Shown: positions 1 to 8,008 of the stretch, piece after piece | Position numbering within the stretch: position 1 is the first letter of the stretch | How the letters are laid out: each line of letters opens with the position of its first letter | Source: an uncultured Gemmatimonadales bacterium | GTDB lineage: Bacteria; Gemmatimonadota; Gemmatimonadetes; Longimicrobiales; Gaopeijiaceae | DNA: 64,000 nt | Direction of reading: 5' to 3' | NCBI GenBank assembly: GCA_963823035.1 | Contig: CAWGKG010000004.1 | Span: 436,081-500,080, forward strand | Translations under genes and position numbers: made by a program | Notes under the pieces: generated by a model | What the model saw: only the letters and a program-made list of their open reading frames with translations | Told to the model about the DNA's origin: nothing | Databases searched by the model: none

Positions 1-178
1 GGGCGCCTGGGCCGCCTCGCGGCTCCTGACCACCTTCCTCTTCCAGACGAGCACGCTCGATCCACTCGCCTATGCGGGAGGGGCCGCGCTCCTCCTCGCC
101 GTCGTGCTGCTGGCGAGCTGGCTGCCGGCGCGCCGCGCCACGCTCGTCGACCCCTCCGAGGCGCTGCGGGCGGAATAG
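1..178 (+). CDS. 3' end of ADOP/MacB-FtsX-type ABC permease (partial)
   Basis: Read by hand in frame 2: ...ASRLLTTFLFQTSTLDPLAYAGGAALLLAVVLLASWLPARRATLVDPSEALRAE*. This is the typical ADOP C-terminus (PARRA..VDP..ALR.E). Not in the ORF track. Confidence 0.9.
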   Translation, partial: GAWAASRLLTTFLFQTSTLDPLAYAGGAALLLAVVLLASWLPARRATLVDPSEALRAE

Positions 179-370
179 CTCCGCGCGTCCTCGCGGCGCC
201 GCTCCGGGAGCTTCCGCCGGAGCGGCGCGCCGCGGTGATGCTTGCGTCGCCGGCCCTTGGAACGAAGAGTAGGGGCCTCGGGGCGCTCTCCGCCGGTCCG
301 CGCTCGCGCCGGCCGGCACCTTCACCGCCCCGTCTGCCCATCCACCGACCCCAACACCGGCGAGGCACCC

Positions 371-1639
371 ATGTCGGGCTCGGGACTCGAATTCCTGACG
401 GACCTCCTTCCGTGGTCGAAGCGCCGTCCACGGATCTTCATCAGCTATCGCCGTCGCGGTGACAGCGCCGGCTTCGCGGCTCGCCTCGCGGACCGGCTGG
501 TCGCGCATTTCGGCGACGAGCAATGCTTCCGCGACATCGAGGACATCGAGTCGGGGATGGACTTCGTGGAGGCGATCGAGGACGCCGTGGCGTCCTCGCG
601 CGTCATGGTGGTCGTCATCGGAACGGACTGGGTCACGGTCAAGGGCGCCGACGGCCGGCGCCGACTCGACAACCCCGACGACTTCGTTCGCATCGAGGTA
701 GCCACCGCGCTGCGCCGCGGTATCCGCGTGATCCCGGTTCTCGTGGCGGGGGCCACCATGCCCACCGGCGAGGGCCTGCCCGACGAGCTCCAGGGCCTCT
801 GGCGCCGGCAGGCACTCGAGCTGAGCGACAGCCGGTGGGACTACGACGTCGGGCAACTCACGTCGGCCATCGAGGGGATGGGGATCCGCAACAAGCAGAA
901 GCGGGCGGCCACGGTGCTCGCGCGCAGGCTCCGCTGGGGAGGGATCGCCGCGGCCGTGGCCGCGGTCGTGCTCTTCGGGATCGGCGTGATCGTCGACAAT
1001 CTGGACACGCTCCGAGGCGGTGCCGAGCCGAACACCCTCCTCGACGCCGGCGCGGCGATCCAGTCGCCCGCGCAGGATGCGGGTGTCCAGGGGTCGGTGG
1101 ATCCCGCGCCCCGGGACATGCGGGATGTGGCCTCCGAAACGGTGCGCCAGCCCTCGATGCAGTCGTCGCCTCCCCCCGCCGAGGAGGTCCCCGCCCGGCG
1201 GGTAGCCCCGCCACCGAGCGCGGTGGACCGCTACCGCGACGCGCTCGTCGAGGCCATCGACGAGGGCAACGAGGCGCAGAACTACGCCCAGGAGACCCTC
1301 GACATCTCGGCGCTGGCCGACATCTTCACGGGCGCTGCGCTCCAGATGAACGTCCTCGCCGTGGGGCGGCTCTATCAGGGGGGCGAGCTGTCGTTCAACA
1401 CGCTGCTCTCCCAGCGCTTCGGCGAGTTCCGCATCGATCCGACGGAGACGATCGCGCAGGTAGACGTCGTGGAGCGGTGGAGCGCCGAGCATCGGAGCGC
1501 GATCACCGGGGCGTGCATGCACCGCATTCCCCCGGCCGACGTGCCGCAGACGGTCCATCTCCGGCGCAACGGGGCCTATTGGGTCATCGAGAACATCACC
1601 GGGGAAGCCTTCACCGAGCCCGACCCGGTGGGCTGCTGA
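371..1639 (+). CDS. TIR-domain protein with TM helix and C-terminal extracytoplasmic domain
   Basis: TIR_2-like motifs IFISYRR..DS, FRDIEDIESGMDF, VMVVVIGTDW, DDFVRIEVATAL, VIPVLV. TM helix WGGIAAAVAAVVLFGIGVIV, then a Pro-rich linker and a NTF2/IMS-like C-domain. ATG 371 follows GAGG. Confidence 0.85.
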   Translation: MSGSGLEFLTDLLPWSKRRPRIFISYRRRGDSAGFAARLADRLVAHFGDEQCFRDIEDIESGMDFVEAIEDAVASSRVMVVVIGTDWVTVKGADGRRRLDNPDDFVRIEVATALRRGIRVIPVLVAGATMPTGEGLPDELQGLWRRQALELSDSRWDYDVGQLTSAIEGMGIRNKQKRAATVLARRLRWGGIAAAVAAVVLFGIGVIVDNLDTLRGGAEPNTLLDAGAAIQSPAQDAGVQGSVDPAPRDMRDVASETVRQPSMQSSPPPAEEVPARRVAPPPSAVDRYRDALVEAIDEGNEAQNYAQETLDISALADIFTGAALQMNVLAVGRLYQGGELSFNTLLSQRFGEFRIDPTETIAQVDVVERWSAEHRSAITGACMHRIPPADVPQTVHLRRNGAYWVIENITGEAFTEPDPVGC

Positions 1640-1702
1640 CGGAGGTCGGACGGCAGGCCGTCGGGGCCCTTCGACCGGACGCCGGCATGCGCCGGAGGAT
1701 GC

Positions 1703-1743
1703 GGTCCCGACAACTACGGAGCCCGTGCGGGGATCTTCCCCAC
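1703..1743 (+). promoter_or_regulatory. Candidate operator upstream of the radical SAM gene
   Basis: GGTC-N5-AACTACGGA followed by the palindrome GGGGA-TCT-TCCCC. Related motifs lie upstream of hemB and at 43744. Confidence 0.5.
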
Positions 1744-1848
1744 CGGCCCCGGGCCGCCCTCCCCGACAGCCTCCGCCGGCCGCATCCTGGCACCTTTTCT
1801 CCGTGAGCGGGTCCACGCGGGATCCGCCTGCCCACGCGGAGGGACGAC

Positions 1849-3132
1849 GTGCACCACAGCCGGTGGAAACGGAGCGGGGGGACGTCCCGGGCGCAGCGGC
1901 GGTCACCCCGGCGCCCATGGCGGATCGGGACATCCCGGCATGCCGCGGGATTTCGACACAGGCGCCCTTCCTCGTCATCTGGGAGACGACGCAGGCATGT
2001 GACCTCGCCTGCAAGCACTGCAGGGCGGAGGCGCAGCCGAACCGGCACTCCGGACGGAGCTGACCACGGCGGAGGCGCGCACGCTGCTCGAGGACGTGCG
2101 TCGCTTCGGTCCGATCATCTTCGTCTTCTCCGGCGGCGACGCGCTCAAGCGCGCCGACATCGTCGAGCTGACCCGCTACGGCGTCCGAGCTCGGCCTGCG
2201 CATGGCGATCACGCCCGCGACCACGCCGCTGTGCAGCGCGGAGCGCCTGCGCGAGCTGCACGAGGCCGGGATGGCCCGCCTGGCGGTCAGCCTGGACGGA
2301 TCGACCGCGGCGGTGCACGACGAGTTCCGGCAGGTGCGTGGCTCCTTCGACCACGGGCTGCGCATCCTGCGGACCGCCCGCGAGGTCGGGATGTCCACGC
2401 AGGTGAACACGGTGGTGGCGCGCCACAACGTGCAGGACTTCCCCGTGATGGCCGAGCTGCTCTCCGAGCTGGGCATCGTCTTCTGGGAGGTGTTCTTCCT
2501 GATCCCGATGGGCCGCGCCCGCCCCGAGGACGTGGCCGGCGCCGACGCGTTCGAGCGGGTGTTCAACGAGCTCTACGACCTGGCCAAGACCGTGCCCTTC
2601 GACATCAAGGCGACCGCGGCGCCCCACTACTCGCGTGTGGTGCTGCAGCGAAAGGTCGCCGAGCGGCGCGCGGGCGTGCGCGACGAGGCGAGCGACGTGC
2701 TCACGGACGGCGTCGGGCCACTCGCTGCGTCGACGGCATCGGCAGGGCGCGTGGCGTGAACGACGGCGACGGCTTCCTCTTCGTCAGCCACGTCGGCGAG
2801 ATCTTCCCGTCGGGGTTCCTGCCGAACTCGGCGGGCAACGTGCGTACGCACGACCTGGTCGACACGTACCGGCACGCGCCTCTCTTCAAGGCGCTGCGCG
2901 ACCGGAGCCGGATCAAGGGGAAGTGCTCGGTGTGCGAGTACCTCCAGGTGTGCGGAGGAAGCCGTGCCCGCGCCTTCGCGGTCACCGGCGATCCGCTGGA
3001 AGCGGAGCCCTTCTGCGCCCACGTTGCCGCTGCGCTGGCAGACGGATGGTCGAGGCGGGCGAGGCGGAGCCGGACGAGGCGTACTTCGCGCACCGCGCGC
3101 TCCGGCAGGGAATCCCGCTGACGGTGCTCTGA
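1849..3132 (+). CDS. Radical SAM/SPASM protein, AhbD/NirJ-like (TIGR04053-type); several frameshifts
   Basis: APFLVIWETTQACDLACKHCRA (CxxxCxxC), FSGGD, VSLDGS, GVNDGDGFLFVSHVGEIFPSGFLP, KGKCSVCEYLQVCGGSRARA..EPFC (SPASM). N-terminal GHPG repeats. GTG 1849 follows GGAGGG. Spread over several frames. Confidence 0.85.
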
Positions 3133-3218
3133 GCCGGGCCCTCGCGACCCCGTAGGCTGGCGCCCTCGATTAGCTTCCGGGCTCCACGACCTCGATCCTC
3201 CTGAAGCCGGATAGCTCC

Positions 3219-4071
3219 ATGATCGCCTTCTACGGGATGGGCCTCCTGGGCTCGAACTTCGTGCGCGCCCTGCTCGAGCGCGGCGAGACCGTCCACGTCT
3301 GGAATCGCACCGCCGAGCGAGCCCGCGCGCTCCAGCCGGACGGCGCCGTCTCCTTCGACGACCCGGCGGAGGCGGCACGCGGCGCCGAGCGCGTCCACCT
3401 CACCCTCTCCGACGACGCCGCGGTGGACGAGGTCCTCGAGCGGGCGCGCGGCGGCTTCGACGCGGGGGTGACGATCGTCGACCACACGACGACCTCGCGC
3501 GCCGGGGCGGCAGAGCGCGACACGCCGGTGGGCGGAGCGCGGCGTCGTCTACCAGCACGCGCCGGTGTTCATGGGACCGGGCAACGCGAGGGAGGGCACG
3601 GGCTTCATGCTCGCGTCCGGCGCGCGCGCGCGCTTCGATGCGCTCGAGCCCGAGCTCGCGAAGATGACGGGGAAGGTGGTGTACCTGGGGCCGGAGCCCG
3701 ACCGGGCCGCGGCCTTCAAGCTGATGGGGAACCTCTTCCTCCTCACCATGACCACGGGGCTGGTCGAGATGCTCTCGCTTGCGAAGGCCATGGGCGTCGA
3801 CGCGGCCGAGGCGGCCTCGCTGTTCGACTGGCTGAATTTCGGCGCCTCGGTCCCCGCCAGGATCGGACGCATCCTCGAGGCCGACTTCGTCCATCCGTCG
3901 TGGGAGCTGGCCATGGCGCGCAAGGACGCCCGCCTCATGCTCGAGGAGGCGGGCGCGGCCGAGGTGCCCCTGGCCGTCATCCCCGCGATCGCGCGTGAGA
4001 TGGACCGGTGGATCGAGAAGGGCCACGCCCACGACGACTGGACGGTGATCGCGAAGGACGCGCTGGCATGA
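3219..4071 (+). CDS. NAD(P)-dependent oxidoreductase, beta-hydroxyacid dehydrogenase family (frameshift ~3525)
   Basis: GMGLLGSNF Rossmann motif, VWNRT, DHTTT, HAPVFMGP, FKLMGN, LAMARKDARL. Confidence 0.9.
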
Positions 4072-4158
4072 CGTGATCGCGGGGGGGTGAGAAGAAAACG
4101 GGCTCGGCAGCGTCCTACAGGTGATCGCCGTAGCCCGTCCGCGTACCGGGACCGACCG

Positions 4159-4773
4159 ATGACGTCCTCCTACCTCCCCGCACCCTCTTCAGTGACGTCG
4201 GAATCCGACCGCGCGCCCCTTCCGGACGGGGAGGGCGCGGCCGGCATGAGCACGACGCGTCTCCTGCGCGCCGTGACCGAGGGGCTGCCGCAGAAGCCTC
4301 CCCGCCGAAGCGCCACCCGGTGGCGTGATCGGCGCGCGGCGTGGCTGACGCTCCCGCCCGGCTGGACGCGCGTCCAGGTGGGCGACCTCGTGATCGCGGT
4401 CCCGGGCCCGACACCCGGCGGCACCACGCTTCTCCTCGTGGTGGAGCCGGTGCGCGTGGTGGCGAGCGGTTCCATCGAGGTCGACTTCGGGCGGGCGGCC
4501 TCCGAGCCCGGGCTGTGGTTCCCCGGCGATCCGCCGACGCCGCGGGAGACGATCGAGGGTTGGACGTTCCTCGTCGGCTCGGGGCACCTCGCCCTGAACG
4601 GGGCGTCGTACGCGGCCGTCACGGCCGTGGCGCGCAGGAACGCGCTCCGGGCGCGCTTCTGGGCGCTGGCCGACTCCGAGGACACGCGCGCGCGCTACGA
4701 GTCCGCCGTGCTCGACGCGATCACGAGCGTTCGTGGCTTCGTCGAGGGCGCGGCCCGCGATCGGGTGGGGTGA
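4159..4773 (+). CDS. Hypothetical protein
   Basis: Open frame with protein-like C-terminal half (GWTRVQVGDLVIAV...RYESAVLDAITSV). Start uncertain; no motif recognised. Confidence 0.5.
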   Translation: MTSSYLPAPSSVTSESDRAPLPDGEGAAGMSTTRLLRAVTEGLPQKPPRRSATRWRDRRAAWLTLPPGWTRVQVGDLVIAVPGPTPGGTTLLLVVEPVRVVASGSIEVDFGRAASEPGLWFPGDPPTPRETIEGWTFLVGSGHLALNGASYAAVTAVARRNALRARFWALADSEDTRARYESAVLDAITSVRGFVEGAARDRVG

Positions 4774-4876
4774 GAATCCGAGCCGGGTCTCGGCGTTCTA
4801 TCCGACATGAGCGGCGCATCGGCGCGCCGTCCTCCGATCGGCCGGTAGCCGATGCTCCACTCCGGAGGCCTCCCCA

Positions 4877-5826
4877 TGACATCGATCGATTCGACGGTCG
4901 GCTCCCCTCCTCGCGCTGCTCGCGGCGTCCCTCGCGCTCCCCTCCACCGCGAACGCCCAGCTCGGCGGTCTGGCCCGCAGGGCGAAGAAGGCCGTGACGG
5001 CCAAGGCGGACGAAGGCGATGTACGTTAGCCGCCGCCACCCCCCACGTTCGACGACCGCGTGCTCGAGATCACCGAGCCTCGCCTGGCCGGATTCCTCGA
5101 AGGCCTGAAGGTGGAGGCCGCCGTCGCGAAGGAGCCGGCGAGGGAGGCAGAGGCGAGGAGGCGGCGTACGAGAGCGCGACGAAGGCGTACGAGAAGGCGG
5201 AGAAGGAATACAACGCGAAGATGGAGACGTACGGGGCGCGTGCGCGGAGCGGTTCCGCGCCGAGGAGGATGAGGGCGAAGGTGGCGAACGAGGCCAGGAT
5301 GGAGAGCGCGGACGAGATGGGGGACGACGAGTTCGAGGCGTACGTCGAGGACCTCGCCCGCCGCGGCGAGGAGATCGCCCGCGACGTCGAGGCCGGGAAG
5401 AACGATCCCGGAGACCGCAGCGCAGCCAGCGAGGCGTACGTCCGTCGAGGTCGCCGCGATGCAGGCGGAGCAGAGCGCGCCGCGGCGGCTCGTGATGTCC
5501 GGGATGGCGGCGGAGACCCATCGAGCGGCGACGGAGGAACCCGCGGCTGGTGGCCGCGTGCGGCGAGGAGCCCGAAGGCCCCCGAGGCGCCGATGTCCCT
5601 GACGGGGCCCGAGGGCGTGCTGGCGCCGACAAGGGCGCCGCCGCCGCGGGACTGAGCGTCGAACAGTACGCGATCATGCGCGAGCGGGTGCTCTACTGGG
5701 CCGACGAGGACGGACGTCCCTTCGGGGATGGGCTTCTCGGTGGACGAGATGGGCCTGCTGACCGAGAAGAAGGACGCGATCGCGCAGGCGGTGAAGGTCA
5801 TGCGCAAGGCGAAGGTCCCGCTCTGA
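4877..5826 (+). CDS. Secreted coiled-coil hypothetical protein (multiple frameshifts)
   Basis: Rebuilt across frames: signal-like ...LLAASLALPSTANAQLGGLARRAKKAV, then FDDRVLEITEPRLAGFLEGL, AYESATKAYEKAEKEYNAK, GLSVEQYAIMRERV, ...KVMRKAKVPL*. GGAGG precedes ATG 4877. Confidence 0.65.
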
Positions 5827-6765
5827 TCCGGGGGATCCTCGCGGCCGGCCTCCTGCTCGCGCTGGCCCCCGGCTACCGGACGCCGGGCAGGAGGGCAGCG
5901 CCCTCGCCTGTCGCGCGTCGGGGACGACTGGGTGCCGCTCTGGGAGGAGAGCGCAGCGCCGACGCGGTGGAGCGAAGCGGCTGGAGCCGCTCGCCGACGC
6001 GACCGAGATGGAGGGAAGCGTCGGCAGGCGTCGAGCGGGGCGAGGTCACCATCCGCCGGGAACGGGAGCCGTGGCGGATCCGCGTCGTGCTCGTCCGCAT
6101 CGACCCGGCCCTGATCGAGCTGCGGCTGGTCGTGCCGCCCCGGCGCGACGACGGCTTCGCCGGGCGGTGGAGCGTCTCGCAGGCGCCTGCGGAAGCGGTC
6201 TTCGCAGTCAATGCCGGACAGTTCACGAGCGGGCCATGGGGGTGGGTCGTGCAGGGCGGGGAGCGGCGCCAGCGGGCGGGACGGGGCGCGCTCGCGCCCG
6301 GCTTCGCGGTGACGACGCGGGGGCGCGTCGCGCTCCTGCCGCCGGACAGCCTCGATGCCGCGGCGAACGGCGTGGAGGAGGGCTTCCAGTCGTATCCGGC
6401 GCTGCTCGTGGGCGACGGTGCCGTCCCGCCGCCCCTCCTAGCGGCACGGGACGGGGCGTCGACCTGGCGCACCGGGACGGGCGCCTCGCGCTGGGGCTCC
6501 TCCGCGACGGCCGGGTCCTGGTCGCGCTGACGCGCGTGGAGGGGCTGGGCGGGCTGCTGGAGATCGTCCCGTTCGGGCCGACCACGCCGGAGATGGCGGC
6601 GCTGATGGGGGCGCTGGGATGCCCGCGCGCGGTCCTTCTCGACGGGGCCTCTCGGGCCAGATGATGGTCGTGGAGGACGGGCGGAGGGTGGAGTGGAAGG
6701 GGCTGCGGCAGGTCGCGGCGGGGCTGGTGGGCGTGCCGCGGTCGTGGGCCCGGGCGAGCCGCTGA
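5823..6765 (+). CDS. Phosphodiester glycosidase (NAGPA/DUF2233) family protein (frameshifted)
   Basis: Signal-like IRGILAAGLLLALA; AVNAGQF, FQSYPALL, RLALGLLRDGRVLVALTR, GPTTPEMAALMGALGCPRAVLLDG. Start codon unclear. Confidence 0.75.
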
Positions 6766-6813
6766 CCCGTGCTCACTTACGCGGCGCCTGCGGGAGCCTA
6801 TCTTCCTCGGCGC

Positions 6814-7365
6814 ATGGACGAAGAGACCCTTCGGGACGAGGTGTCCCCAGCGCTCGAAGAGCACGTGCGCCGCTTCGCGGATCTGCTCCGCTACGCGCGC
6901 CGGCGCCACGGGCTCGATCCCCACGATCTCGACGAGCTCGTGCAGGAGGTGCGTCTCCGTCTCTGGCGTGCCCAGGGGACGGGTGAGAAGATCGCGGCCG
7001 TTTCGTCGTCCTACGTATACCGGACCGCGATGTCCGCGGCGGTGGACCTGATCCGAAGACGGCGGCATCGAAGCCACGAGGTGGCGCCGCTCGACGGAGA
7101 GGGCGGCGCGGCCTACGCGGATCCGTCTGCGGGGCGGATCGTCGCCTCCGGAGAGGTGCGTGACGCGATGCAGCGTGCGCTGAGCACGATCGCCAGGCCA
7201 CGCGCGGTCGCGGTGCGGATGTACCTGGCGGGCTACCCGCGGGAGGAGATCGCCGACCTCCTCGGGTGGAGCGAGGCGAAGACCCGGAACCTGGTCTACC
7301 GGGGTCTCGCGGATCTCAGGGCGAGGCTCACGGAGCTGGGTGTCGGACCGGAGGGGAGGGCGTGA
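6814..7365 (+). CDS. ECF RNA polymerase sigma-70 factor
   Basis: Region 2 DLDELVQEVRLRLW...SSYVYRTAMSAAVDLIRR; region 4 GYPREEIADLLGWSEAKTRNLVYRGLADLR. Confidence 0.92.
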   Translation: MDEETLRDEVSPALEEHVRRFADLLRYARRRHGLDPHDLDELVQEVRLRLWRAQGTGEKIAAVSSSYVYRTAMSAAVDLIRRRRHRSHEVAPLDGEGGAAYADPSAGRIVASGEVRDAMQRALSTIARPRAVAVRMYLAGYPREEIADLLGWSEAKTRNLVYRGLADLRARLTELGVGPEGRA

Positions 7366-7982
7366 TGAACGACGACGCGCTGGGGAAGCTCTATCGACGT
7401 GCGATGGTCCAGCCGCGCGCGGGCGACGGCGAGGCATGCCCCTCTCCGGAGGCGCTGCGGGCGGTGGCGGAGCGCACGGCGGGCGAGAGGGGAGCGCCTC
7501 ACCCTCATGGAGCACGTGGCGGGCTGCGCGGATTGCCAACGGAGCTGGCGCTCCTCGGCCAGGTGGTGGCGACGCGGCCGGCGGCCCGGCGCTCCCTCGT
7601 CCCCGCGCGGTGGTTGGCCGCGGCGGCCGTCGTGGCGCTGGCCGTCCTGGGTGGACGGCCCTCGCGACGCGTGGGCGCGTCGCGCCCGTCATGCGCGGCG
7701 ACGAGCCCGCGGTGACGCTCGTGGCGCCCTCGGGCACGCGTCCAGGCCGCGCCGGCTCCCCTCTTCGTGTGGCGCCCGGTGGAGCGCGCCACCCGCTACG
7801 AGGTGGAGGTGCTGGAGCCGGACGCCCGGCCCGTGGGGGCCGCGGCCGTCCGGGACACCGTCATGGTCTCGCCGGACGGCCTCGCCGTGGGGGTTCGATA
7901 CCGGTGGCGGGTGACGGCGCTACGCGCCGACGGCACGCGCATCGAGAGCAGGCTGGTCGGGTTCGATCTCGTCCACGAGTGA
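7365..7982 (+). CDS. Zinc-finger (zf-HC2/ZAS) anti-sigma factor with TM and Ig/FN3-like extracytoplasmic domain (frameshifted)
   Basis: TGATG overlap with sigma stop. ACPSPEAL..EHVAGCADC (HxxxCxxC); TM WLAAAAVVALAVLG; VMRGDEPAVTLVAP..FVWRPVERATRYEVEV..LAVGVRYRWRVTA. Confidence 0.8.
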
Positions 7983-8008
7983 TGTCGACCGTGCGGTTTG
8001 GCAGCCGC

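Noticed and set aside
371..1639. Thoeris/CBASS/Pycsar defence operon
   Set aside because: No ThsA, cyclase or other effector nearby; the TIR gene stands alone.
1849..3132. RiPP maturase with precursor peptide
   Set aside because: No credible precursor, RRE or PqqD gene nearby; the motifs fit the AhbD/NirJ-like group.
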